Assembly (NCBI GenBank): GCA_963721715.1
Contig: CAVRKI010000004.1
Span: 1,426,991 to 1,490,990, forward strand
Reading direction: 5' to 3'
DNA from: an uncultured Acidobacteriota bacterium
GTDB lineage: Bacteria > Acidobacteriota > Vicinamibacteria > Vicinamibacterales > UBA2999
Length of the DNA stretch: 64,000 nucleotides
Under the pieces are notes generated by a model. That model made no database searches and was not told the origin of the DNA. It was given only the letters and a program-made list of their open reading frames with translations. A program made the position numbers and the translations under genes. This document shows, piece by piece, positions 36,701 through 47,603 of the stretch; position 1 is the first letter of the stretch, and every line of letters begins with the position of its first letter.

Positions 36701-36789
36701 GATCTCGAGAGGTCGTGATCTCGAGATCTGATGTGGAGATCTGAAGATCTGGAGATCGATCGACTGATCTATCGATTGATCTGGCGATC
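36701..36789. repeat. GATC-dense short-period repeat (10 GATC in 89 bp, unit about TGRAGATC)
   Basis: GATC occurs at 36701, 36717, 36725, 36738, 36746, 36754, 36758, 36766, 36778 and 36786. The patch is locally AT-richer and lies between convergent stops. Confidence 0.95.
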
Positions 36790-36815
36790 TTGCGTCGCGG
36801 CGTCGTTGGACGCCG

Positions 36816-38177
36816 CTAGGCCAGGCGGACGGTGGCGGTGGCGCCCCGAGCGAGGATGTCGCAGCCGTAGACTTTCGAGAGGCGCGTGAAGTCCGCCAGG
36901 ATGCGCTCCGCATCCGCGGCGGTCGGGACGACCGGCGTACCACGGTCGTGGACGGGGCGGTCCATCCCCAGCGTCACGGGATGAATGGCGATGCCGGTCA
37001 GCCGGTCACCGTCATAGGTCAGCCGCGGCATGATGGTTTCCCACAACTGCCGCCCGCCTCTCAACGGAATCTTGTCCACCACCGCGCTCGGCGGCGTGTT
37101 GAGCGGCTCCAGCCCGTAGGCTTCGTACGAGTCGGCGCCGAGCGCCTCGAAGGTGTGGTACTGGAAGAAGAAATCCCCGAGCCCGTAGAAGATCGGCTTG
37201 CCCTTGTAGATCTCCATGCCGGCCATGTAGTGGCTGCCGTGAATCGCGAACACGTCCGCGCCGGCGTCGATCGCGGCATGCGCCAGCCTCGGCAGGAACG
37301 GGTCGGGCGTGGTGAGGTCCTTGTAGATCTCGTGGGCGTGAATCGAGGCCACCACCGTCCGCGCCGAGGTGCGGGCCGTGGCAATCGCCTCGGCGATTCG
37401 CTTCACGTCCGCCGGATGCGGGTCGCTCAGCAGGTCCGCCGTCGGGCCTTCGACAAACGCGCTCCCCATGAACGTCACGCCCGGCGGCACCGGGAACGCG
37501 GCGCCGCTGAATTGCACCGGCGCCAGTGCAGAGCTCGCGCCAGCTACCGCGTCGAGCATCGCCTTCGGCAGCTGATACTTCCGGACCAGCCGCACGGTGT
37601 TGGTGCCCGGAACGCCGGGATAGTCGCCGCGCGCCCACACCGCCGGCGCGTGCGGGGCCACGGTGGAGGCGCAGCCGACGAGCGCTACTCGTCCGCCCGG
37701 GGTGTCTACATAGCGCGGTTCCGCGGCCTGCTGCAGGTTGATGCCCGTGCCCGCGGACACGATGCCCACGCGCTCGAGGTGGGCAATGGTGGCGGCCACC
37801 CCGCCGGTGCCGTAGTCCAGCGTGTGATTGTTCGCCGTGCCCATCAGGTCGAAACCGAGCCAGCGCAGTTCCTCGGCCATGTGCGGACGGACCACCGAGC
37901 TGAGGCTGCGGCCGGCCGCGGAGGGCACGCCTTCGCTGCGCGCGGCAATCACCAGTTCGCAATTACCGATGGTGCAGTCGGCCTCGGTCAGGAGCTTGCG
38001 AACCGCGGCAAAGCCAGGCTCGGTGAGGCCGGACACCCGCCGGGTCAGGATGACGTCGCCGGTCAGCACCATCGACAGCGTGGTGCGCGTCTGTGCCACC
38101 GCGCGCCGGGCCCGTGAGGGCATCGCCGCACCAGCCAGGGCGCCGCTCGACACGCGCAGGAACGATCGTCGATCCAC
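36816..38177 (-). CDS. CapA-family (PGA_cap metallophosphatase-fold) protein with Tat-type signal
   Basis: GTG start at 38177 preceded by GAGAGG. It begins VDRRSFLRVSSGALAGAAMP (twin-Arg). GNCELV and GTANNHTLDYG motifs. Confidence 0.8.
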   Translation of the reverse strand: MDRRSFLRVSSGALAGAAMPSRARRAVAQTRTTLSMVLTGDVILTRRVSGLTEPGFAAVRKLLTEADCTIGNCELVIAARSEGVPSAAGRSLSSVVRPHMAEELRWLGFDLMGTANNHTLDYGTGGVAATIAHLERVGIVSAGTGINLQQAAEPRYVDTPGGRVALVGCASTVAPHAPAVWARGDYPGVPGTNTVRLVRKYQLPKAMLDAVAGASSALAPVQFSGAAFPVPPGVTFMGSAFVEGPTADLLSDPHPADVKRIAEAIATARTSARTVVASIHAHEIYKDLTTPDPFLPRLAHAAIDAGADVFAIHGSHYMAGMEIYKGKPIFYGLGDFFFQYHTFEALGADSYEAYGLEPLNTPPSAVVDKIPLRGGRQLWETIMPRLTYDGDRLTGIAIHPVTLGMDRPVHDRGTPVVPTAADAERILADFTRLSKVYGCDILARGATATVRLA

Positions 38178-38185
38178 GAGGCCTC

Positions 38186-38540
38186 TCAGTCCTTGTCGTC
38201 CAGATGGAACCGGTGCAGCACGTGCGTCGCGATCGGCGCCAGCACCAGTCCCACGGTCGCGATGAACACCACGCCGCAGTAGATGGCATACGCGCCGGCG
38301 AACAACTTGACGCTGTCGTTGGTGAGCGGGGCCACCGGGCCCATGCCGCCCAGCAGCATCGAGGCGTTCACGAACGCGTCGATCCACGGCATCGGCGCCA
38401 GCCAGTGATAACCGACCATGCCCAGCCACGAGCGATATCGTGATCGCGATGCCCGAGATGCCCGCGTTCCGCGCCAGGTGCGTTCGGAATCGCCGGCGCA
38501 GTTCCTCGACGGTGGGCTTCTCGGCCCCCCGCCTACTCAT
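38186..38540 (-). CDS. Hypothetical small membrane protein; frame broken once
   Basis: [38 protein letters not shown] continues as ORF 38186..38419 (WIDAFVNASMLLGGMGP...). The shift lies near 38425. Confidence 0.4.
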
Positions 38541-39871
38541 AGCGTAGCGAGTTGATCGGATCGAGCTGCGAGGCGCGGCGAGCAGGATAGTAGCCGAAAG
38601 CCACGCCGACGAAGGCGGCGATGCCAAAGGCCATGGCGATGGTCGAGAAGGTGACGTCCGTCGGCCACTCGAGCACCGCCGTCAGTCCCCGCGCGGTCGC
38701 GACGCCTGCCACCACACCCAGCGTGCCGCCGATCAGGCTCATCACGACCGCCTCCACCAGGAACTGCAGCAGCACGTCGCGGCGCCGCGCGCCAACCGCC
38801 AGTCGCAGGCCAATCTCCTTGGTCCGCTCGGTCACCGACACCAGCATGATGTTCATGATGCCGATGCCGCCGACGATGAGGGCGATCGCGGCGATGCTGC
38901 CGAGGAGCGCCGTCATCGTGCTGCCGGCGCGCGACAGCGTGCTCGACATCTCCTGCAGCGTGACCTCGTCCAGCTTGGGCATGTTGGCCAGCGCGAACGC
39001 CGCGACCGAGGTGTAGAGGCCCTTGGTCACATTGGCCGCCGCCTGGGTCTTCACCGTGAAGTCGTCCGCCGCGCCGAGCGTGCCCGGCCCCTGCAGCCCG
39101 CCGAGCCCGACCGCGGTCGCCACCTGACGGCCCTTCGCATGGCGCTGCCGCAACAGGTCGGTGATGTCCATGGCCACGCGGGTGGCGTCACCCGCCTGCT
39201 CCACCGCCAGCGTGATGGTGTGCAGGTGCCTGATGCTCAGCAGCGTCTGCCCGGCGGCCAGCGAGATGAAGACGGTCTCGTCCTGATCCGAATCGTTGGT
39301 CCGCGCGACGCCGGCCACCGTGAAGGTGCGATCGCCAATCGTCACGGTCTCGCCCTCGGCGTCGAAGCCCTCGCCAAACAGCTCGGCCGCCGCTGTCTTC
39401 CCCAGCACCGCCACATCGTCCCTGGCCGGGAACCCACCTTCGAGGAAGGTCCAGCCGTGGACATCGGCCAGGGACGGGTCGGTGCCGCGGACCTGGCCGA
39501 AGAACTGCCGATGCGGCGCCTTGACCCAGGCGCGGGTGCGAACGCCTGGCGCCGCGGTCTGCACACCGGTCGAGGGCGCGGACCGCCTCGGCGTCCTCCC
39601 GCGTGAGCGTGCTGGCGGCGCCGTTGCCGTTGGCGATGTTCATCGTCTCGCCGCCGCGGGTGTAGTTGCCGGCGCTCACCAGGATGATGTTGGTGCCGGC
39701 CGACTTCAGCGAGCGCTCCACCGAGGCGCGCGCGCCGCTGCCGAGCGCCACCATGGCAATCACCGCGGCCACGCCGATGATCACGCCGAGCATGGTGAGG
39801 GCGGTACGGAGCCGGTTGCGGCCGAGCGCCTTCAGCGCAATCTGGGTGCAGACGATGAGGCGGAGCAGCAT
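38533..39871 (-). CDS. ABC transporter permease, FtsX/MacB_PCD type (paralogue 2); frame broken once
   Basis: [37 protein letters not shown] lies in ORF 39188..40249. The rest lies in ORF 38533..39564, ending DPINSLRYE. The shift lies near 39575. Confidence 0.85.
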
Positions 39872-41091
39872 ATGGATGACGCGAACGCTTGGACCAGGCG
39901 CGCTACTCGCGCCGCAAGCGCGACGATGGGATCGAGCAGCGACGCCCGCTTGGCCGGGTACCAGCCGAAGAAGATGCCCACCGCGCCGGCGACGCCGAAC
40001 GCGAGCAGCACCGACATGCGGCGAGACCACGGTGGCCCAGTTCAGGGTGCGCGCGATCAGCGCGGCGGCGATGATGCCGAGGATGATGCCGGCGACGCCG
40101 CCGGCCAGGCTGATGGTCACGGCCTCGATCAGGAACTGCTTCATCACGTCGCGGCTGCGGGCGCCGACGGCCAGGCGCAGGCCGATCTCGCGCGTGCGCT
40201 CGGTGACCGACAGCAGCGTGATGTTCATGATGCCGATGCCGCCGACCACGCAGCGACACCGCGGCGACCGCCGCCAGCAGCCACGTCATGGTGCGGCTGG
40301 CGCGTTCGAGCGTGGTGGCGAGCTGCTCGAGCGTCACCTTCTCGAGCTCGGCGACGTTCCCGGCCACGGCACGCGCCACGCTCGGCGGCAGGCCGCCGGT
40401 GGTCAGGGCCTTGGTGGCCTGCGTCAGGACCGTGAAGTCGTCCGGCTGGTTGTCGCCGATGCCGTGACGCTGCCGCAGCAGCGCGGTGATGTCGCGCGCC
40501 AGCGTCGTCACCTGTCCGGACGACGCCGCGGTGATGGTGATGTCGTTCAGCTTCGAGAGGTTCAGCAGCCGGTGCGTGGTGGTGTACGGCATGTAGACCG
40601 CGTCGAACTGGTCGTCGCCGGGCGCCGGCTGCACCACCCAGGTGGAGCTCGTCACCACGCCGACCACCTCGAACGGCTGGTTCCACATCATCACTTCCTG
40701 CCCGACGGCCTTCTTGCCGGGGCCGAACAGCTTGTCGGCGACGATCTGCCCGATGACGATCACCTGCGCCGCGCTGTCCTGCTCGCGGCGCGTGAAGAAG
40801 CGGCCGTCAGAGAGCATCCAGCCGCGCTTGATCGACGGCATCTCGACGTCGGTGCCGTGCATGCGGGTGAACCAGCGCTTGTCGCCGAGGTGGACGCGCG
40901 CGTTCTCGTGCACGCCGCCGGCCACGTACTGGACGCCGGGCAGCGTCTTGATCGCTTCCGCGTCCGCGAACGAGAGCGTGGCCGCGGAGCCGAGCCCGGC
41001 CTCGAGGTCGCCCAGGCGCTGCCGCGCCAGCGGGTGATCGTGCTTCTCCATCGGATCGTCTTCGGGGTGGAAGGAGGCGGGGAGGACGTCG

Positions 41092-41162
41092 CCGGTGTCC
41101 GGTACGCGGGGTCCGGTACCCGAAAACCCGGAAGCCGGAGACCGGAACCCGGAGCCCGGGAC
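41092..41162. repeat. Tandem CCGGNNN heptamers (about 10 units) inside the permease CDS
   Basis: The units are ccggtgt ccggtac gcggggt ccggtac ccgaaaa c ccggaag ccggaga ccggaac ccggagc ccgggac. They translate on the minus strand as PGLDVPGSGFRSPASGFSGTGPRVPDTGD. Confidence 0.9.
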
Positions 41163-41430
41163 GTCGAGCCCGGGCAGCGCCGGCAACGTCAACGTGTCGC
41201 GCGCGTCGCCGTGGGCGATGGCTTCGCCGGTGTCCTCCACCTTCGGGCGCCAGTTGCCGGCACGAACCGTCAGCTGATTCAGCCCGGCCGCCCGCACCTG
41301 CTGCTCGATCGACTGCTGCGCGCCCGCGCCGACCGCCATCATCGCCAGTACCGTGGCCACGCCCACCATCATGCCGAGCATGGTGAGGCCGGTCTGGAGA
41401 CGATTGCGGCTGAGCGCCTTCAGCGCGAGA

Positions 41431-42153
<723 letters not shown>

Positions 42154-42154
<1 letters not shown>

Positions 42155-43839
42155 CAGTTGGTGGTCGACTTCGCCGGCGCCGGGGGAATCTTCCCGGCGA
42201 AGGCGTAGGCCATGGCCGCGACCACCTTCTCGGCGCCCGCCATGCCGTAGACCTTGCCCGCGCCCTCGATCACGTAGTACTCGTTGGCCGCGTGCGCGCG
42301 GCCGCCGTTGCCGCCGCCGCCGCCGACGATCGGCACGCCCGCGAACGACGACACCTTCTCGCCCACTTCGCCGTTGCCGAACAGGTAGGCCGGCCAGTAG
42401 CCGCCCGCCGCGCCGCCGCCGCCGCCGATGCCCCACTCCGTCCGCAGCGAGCCGTGCGGGATGTTCATCACTTCGTAGGCGCGCTTCAGCGCGCGGCCGG
42501 CCTCGTGGTCGTTGTTCATCTTCGCCCACGGCACGTCGCCGATCATCTTCACCTCGACGTCCTTGTAGCCGTTCTTGTCGAGCTGCGCGCGCAGCTTCTT
42601 GACGATGTCCGGCCCCTTCATGTTGGGGACGTAGCGGAAGTTGTGCTTCGAGGTGACCTTGTTGGGCAGGATGGCGCCGGCGCCGCCCGCATACATGTTG
42701 CCGCCCCAGATGCCGTCGAGGTTGAACGAGGTGCCGAAGCGCTGCATCTTCAGCATCGTGTACGGGTCGTCCGAGATGTAGCGCGCGACGCCGACGTTCT
42801 CGGCGGCCACCTTCAGGTCGGTGCGCTGCGCCGCGGTCTTCAGCTCGGCGTCCTGCCACTGGTCGATCGGCAGCATGCCTTCGAAGAAGCCGTCGATGAG
42901 CGGGGTGTTGCCATCATCGGAGACCAGCGAGGCCAGCATCTTGATGTGGCGCCAGGCCGGGCTGTCGACGCTGCGCTTGTTGCTGCCGTGGATGTCCGAC
43001 ACCGTGGGACCGCGGCCCCACGCGGTGCCGCTGGTGGTGAGCTCGACGTAGACGCAGCCTTCCGAGCCGCCGCCGAAGCCGCCGCCGCCGCTCGGCGACT
43101 GGCTGCCGAAGAGCAGCATGGCGTCGGCGCCGGCGAGCAGTTCGGGATGATCCTTGACGAACTTGCGCAGACCGATGTCCATGCGCTCCTCGTCGCCCTC
43201 GGCGACGAAGATGAGGTTGACCGGGAGCTTGCCGTGCACGGCCTTGATGGCGCGGAAGGCGTTCAGCTGCGACATCTGCGGGCCCTTGGAGTTGGTGGCG
43301 CCGCGGCCGATCAGCACCTTCTTGTACGGCGCCTGCTCCACCAGCCGGCCCTCGAAGGGCGGCGCGACCCACGCGTCGGGCTGCGTCACCGGCATGGTGT
43401 CGTACATCCAGTAGATCATCAGGGTCTTCTCGGCGCCCTCGTCGCACTTCGCGTAGACCACGGGGTTGGCGGGCGAGCCGTATTCGGTGATGCCGGGATC
43501 GAAGATCTGCGTCTGCTGGCAGCCGAGCTCGTCGAAGAAGCCCTTCACCATCTCGGCCGACTCGGGAATGCCCTCGCCCGAGTTCGAGATGCTGGGCTGC
43601 CGGATCCACTTCTGCAGGTTCTCGACGTGCTCGTCGATGTTCTCGTCGATGTGCGCGAACACCTTCTGCAGCTCGGGCGGCACCTGCCCCATGTCGGGCT
43701 GAATCTCGGTATCGCCCTGGGGCCGAACGCCCAGCTTCGCCGCCGTGGCGGGCTTGGCCGCCTCGGGCGCCGGCGGCGCCGGCTGCGAACACCCGGCCGA
43801 CAAGGCCACCACCATCCCGAACGTACACAGTCGACGCAT
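42154..43839 (-). CDS. M20-family metallopeptidase (dipeptidase-like) lipoprotein
   Basis: Start at ATG 43839 with GGAG 8 nt upstream. Lipobox [26 protein letters not shown] and FVAEGDEE motifs. Intact 1.7 kb. Confidence 0.85.
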
Positions 43840-43863
43840 CGTCATCTCCTTCAACAAAGAAAC

Positions 43864-44005
43864 GGTGTCCGGCATCCGGTGTCCGGTCTCCGACGCAAAC
43901 GGAGACGGCACCGAACGCGCGGATACCGAAGAGCGGGCACCGGGCCGGAGCCCGGATACCGGACACCGGATGCCGGGTACCGGAAACGAATACCGGCTAC
44001 CGGGT
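43864..44005. repeat. CCGGNNN heptamer island with long-range inverted arms and an internal hairpin
   Basis: gtccggcatccggtgtccggt (43868-43888) is the reverse complement of accggacaccggatgccgggtac (43957-43979), mismatching only at its outer end. A gtctccg-acgcaaa-cggagac hairpin lies at 43886-43906. Divergent intergenic region. Confidence 0.9.
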
Positions 44006-44043
44006 TCTACAGGTTCTCAGTCGCCTGGGTCAACAGTGCTCTA

Positions 44044-45328
44044 ATGCTCCGAGTGAAGCGACGAGCTGAAAAATGGGTCACATGCGCCGCGATGATGCTG
44101 TTGACGAGTTGCGCCGAGCCGACACCGCCGGTTGATTCTGCCGCCAGCATCGTTGCCGTTGCATCGCGTTACATCTCGCTGACACAGGATCTCGCGCGTC
44201 ATGACCCGTCGCTCGATCGATCACTGGTTGACCGAGCCGCCACTCGCCCGCGGGTGCCCGCCGGCCGGTGTTCGACATCGGCCGCGACATCGACGCCCTG
44301 GCCGCCGAGAGCGAACGTGCCGTGCTTGCCACCACGGGCGCTCCGCGCGCCCGCGCGACCCACCTGCAGGCGCAACTGAAGGGCGCTGTCGCTGGCCGCA
44401 CGTCGGCTGCTGGGCGAGTCCATGCCCTTCGACGCCGAGGCCACGCTCGGGCTGGGCGTGAACGCCGCACGTGCCGATCTGGAGCAGGTGGTGCGCGCCC
44501 GCGACGCGCTCGAGCAGGAACTGCCGGGCACGGGCGCGCTCGCCGAGCGCGTGTCGGCCTTCCGCCGCCGGTTCGTGGTGCCGGAGGCCCGACGCGAAGC
44601 GGTGATGCGGCTCGCGCTCGAACAGTGCCGCGCCGCCACCGCCGCCGCGATGCCACTGCCCGGCGACGAGTCCATCGACCTGGCCTTCGTCGCCGGCCTG
44701 CCCTGGGACGCGCATGCGCGCTATCTGGGCGGGCATCGGACGCGCATCGAGGTGAACGCCAGCCGCCCCCTGGATCTCGCTCGCGCCCTGCGCCTCGCCT
44801 GCCACGAAGGCTACGCCGGGCACCACGTCCAGTACATCTGGACGGCCGACGAACTCGTCTCGACCCGCGGGTGGCAGGAGTACGCGCTGGTGCCGGGCTT
44901 CGGCCCGGACCTGGTGCTGGCCGAAGGCGCCGCGGAAGCCGGGGCCGATCTCGCCATGCCCTACGAGCGGCGCGTCGCAGGTCTACCGCGATCATCTGGC
45001 CCCGGCGGCGGGCCTGCCGGCGGCTGACGTCGACCGCCTGGCGCGGGTCGAAGTCCATCTCACGGCCATCGAGCAGTTGATTGGCGACATCGCGCGCGAC
45101 TACCTGGACAACCAGATCCGAACGAGCGACGCGGTCGAGCGGCTCTCCCGCGAGGCGCTGGTCGCCGATCCCGAAGCGTTCGTGATGTTCATCGAACGGC
45201 GCCGGACCCGGGTGCTGGCCTACGCCTCGGGCCGCCGTGCCGTGCTGCACGAGCTGGGCAGCCGTCGGCTGGCCGGAATGCGCGACCTGCTGCTGGGCAC
45301 GCTTGAGCCACGCGCCCAGGGCCAGTAG
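44044..45328 (+). CDS. DUF885-like putative metallopeptidase lipoprotein; frame broken at least 3 times
   Basis: MLRVKRRAEKWVTCAAMMLLTSC lipobox. The CHEGYAGHHVQY motif lies in ORF 44422..45027. The C-terminus lies in ORF 45077..45328. The shifts lie near 44240, 44395 and 44965. Confidence 0.5.
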
Positions 45329-45331
45329 AGT
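45326..45331 (+). promoter_or_regulatory. -10-like TAGAGT, 8 nt upstream of ATG 45339
   Basis: Sequence ccagTAGAGTgaagcccATG. The TAG is also the stop of the upstream gene. Confidence 0.35.
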
Positions 45332-45338
45332 GAAGCCC

Positions 45339-45725
45339 ATGACCTGGTCCCGCATGTCGTCGTATGCCGCCCTCGTTGTGGTGGCCATTGTCGTAACGGG
45401 CGTGATCTCGGCGACCCAGCAGGCCGCCGCGCCCCCCAAGCGCGCCTACCTCGTCGTCCAGGCCGACATCAGCAATCCGGAGCGGTACGCCGACTACGCC
45501 AGGCTGGCGCCGGACATCGTGACGAAATACGGCGGGCGCTACCTGGCCCGCGCCGGGCGCACGCTGACACTGGAAGGCCCGCCGGCGCGAAGCCGGGTGG
45601 TGGTGATCGAATTCCCAAGCGTCGACGCCGCGCAGCAGTTCTACAATTCGCCGGAGTACACCGCCGCGCGCAAGCTGCGCGAAGGCTCGGCCACCGCGCA
45701 ATTCGTCGTCGTCGAGGCCCTGTAG
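45339..45725 (+). CDS. DUF1330-family protein with N-terminal TM/signal
   Basis: The DUF1330 pattern is AYLVVQADISNPERYADYARLAPDIVTKYGGRYLARAG...VVIEFPSVDAAQQFYNSPEY. Confidence 0.8.
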   Translation: MTWSRMSSYAALVVVAIVVTGVISATQQAAAPPKRAYLVVQADISNPERYADYARLAPDIVTKYGGRYLARAGRTLTLEGPPARSRVVVIEFPSVDAAQQFYNSPEYTAARKLREGSATAQFVVVEAL

Positions 45726-45772
45726 CGTGCCGCCCACGGTACGCCCCTTCGCCCTGGCTCTCGGCCGTCTCG

Positions 45773-46330
45773 GTGCTCGTCTTCACGGCCGCGTCGCTCG
45801 AGCCCTACTTCGCCGGTGACGTCAACCTGGCGCGGGTCATCCAGGCGATGTCGCCCGGCACGGAGTGGGCCTCGGCGATCACCAACCTCGCCACCGCTCC
45901 GGCCAAATACATCGTGATGGGTGCGGCCGTGGTCCTCGCCTGGTGGCTCGGCGGTTGGAAGGGCGCCGCCATCGCGATTGGCGCCATCGCGATCGAGCAG
46001 GCCGGCGGCGAGGCCAGCAAGCTGATTGCGAAACGCCCACGGCCTTCGCCTGATCTGATCGCCGTCGTCGGCAAACCCTCCGGCTTCAGCTTCCCGTCCA
46101 CGTTCACCACCTTCATCGCTGTCACCTTCGGCACCGTGTGGCTGCTGGCGCAGCGATCGCGGCAGAACGCGGCGCCGGTCATCGCATCCGTCGCCGCGAT
46201 GGTCATCGTCCTCGGCTGGGGGGCACGCATCGTGCTCGGCGCGCACTGGCCGAGCGATGTCGTGCTGACCACGCTCGTCTGCATGACGTGGCTGTGGGCG
46301 ACGGTTCGCGCGGTGGCTCCACGCGGGTGA
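45773..46330 (+). CDS. PAP2-family phosphatase (membrane)
   Basis: KRPRP, FPSTF and GARIVLGAHWPSDV (PAP2 motifs 1-3). The true start may lie further upstream. Confidence 0.8.
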   Translation: MLVFTAASLEPYFAGDVNLARVIQAMSPGTEWASAITNLATAPAKYIVMGAAVVLAWWLGGWKGAAIAIGAIAIEQAGGEASKLIAKRPRPSPDLIAVVGKPSGFSFPSTFTTFIAVTFGTVWLLAQRSRQNAAPVIASVAAMVIVLGWGARIVLGAHWPSDVVLTTLVCMTWLWATVRAVAPRG

Positions 46331-47489
46331 CGCCTCTGCCGACCCGCGCCACGCCCGCGCCTTGGCCCCCGCGACTGGCCACGACCTTGGGGCGCGCCGT
46401 TCTCGTGTGCGTGCTGCTGGCCCTGGCACGCGTCGCCGTTGCCCATCCGGCGCCGTTTTCCTATCTGGATCTCTCACTCGATGCGCAGGGCGCACACGGC
46501 TCCATCATCCTGCACGACTTCGACGTCGCGCACGACCTGGGAATCGAGCCGCCGGACCGTCTGCTCGATCCCGCCTTCGCCGCCAGCCACCGTGCCCGCC
46601 TCGAAGCGCTGATGGCCGAGCGCCTGCGCCTGACGATGGATGGCGAGGCGAGGGCGTTACGATGGACGGCACTGGACGTGGACGTGGACCGCTTCGCGCT
46701 GCGACTGTCGTTCGACGCTGGTGCGCGGCCGGCCAGGGTGGACGTGCGGGCGGTGATGTTTCCGTACGACCCGGTGCACCAGACGTTCGTGAACCTCTAC
46801 GAGGATGGCGCGCTCAAGCAGCAGAGCATCCTCACGGCGGAGGCGCCGTCGCTGACGTTCTACGCCGGCAGCACGCAGGGACGCGTCGCGCTGGTCCGCA
46901 CCTTCATCGCGTCGGGCATCGAGCACATCCTGATCGGCCCCGACCACGTGCTGTTCCTCGTCGGCCTGCTGCTGCTCGGCGGGCGGGTCCGGCACCTGGC
47001 GCTGATCGTCACCGCCTTCACCATCGGGCACAGCATCACGCTGTCGCTCGCGGCGCTGGACGTCGTCAACCCGCCGGCACGGTTCATCGAGCCGCTGATT
47101 GCGCTGACGATCGTGGTGGTGGGCGCCGACAACCTGTTCGTGCTGCACGACCGGCAGCGCTGGGGCCAGAGCGCCTCGGCATCGCCGCCACGCGACGCGC
47201 GGCCGCTCTTCGCCGGCTTCTTCGGCCTGGTGCACGGCTTCGGCTTCGCCTCGGTGCTGACGCGAGTTCGGCCTGCCGAAGGACGCGCTGGTGTGGTCGC
47301 TGGTGTCGTTCAACGTCGGCGTCGAGATCGGGCAGCTGCTGATCGTGGTGGCCGCGGCCGGGCGCCCTGGCGCTGGCCGGGCGCCACCGCCCAGCGGTGG
47401 CCACCGCGATGGCGCGATGGGGCTCGGTCGCGGTGATCGTCGCGGGCACCTACTGGTTCGTCGAGCGACTGTTCCTCAACCCGAGGTGA
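46327..47489 (+). CDS. HupE/UreJ-family membrane protein with N-terminal periplasmic domain; frame broken twice
   Basis: The GTG start at 46327 overlaps the PAP2 stop (GTGA). GIEHILIGPDHVLFLVGLLLLG and GLVHGFGFAS motifs. The shifts lie near 47270 and 47360. Confidence 0.7.
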
Positions 47490-47540
47490 AGAGCGTCGAG
47501 CTCGGCCGCCGTAGACTTGGCGAAGGCGGAATTCAGCGAG

Positions 47541-47601
47541 AGCCTGGAGGCTGATGTCTGAAGCCTGGCGCCGCCCCAAGCCCCAAGACTCAAGACTCAA
47601 G
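47541..47601. repeat. Compound heptamer island: (NNSCTGR)x4, then (CCCCAAG)x2 (ACTCAAG)x2
   Basis: The sequence is agcctgg aggctga tgtctga agcctgg ... ccccaag ccccaag actcaag actcaag. It abuts the TAG stop at 47604. Confidence 0.9.
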
Positions 47602-47603
47602 AC

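Noticed and set aside
36701-36789. The GATC cluster as a replication origin (oriC-like Dam/SeqA site cluster).
   Set aside because: There are no DnaA-box-like motifs, no dnaA, dnaN or gidA genes nearby and no AT-rich 13-mer-type unwinding element. It lies between two convergent 3' ends.
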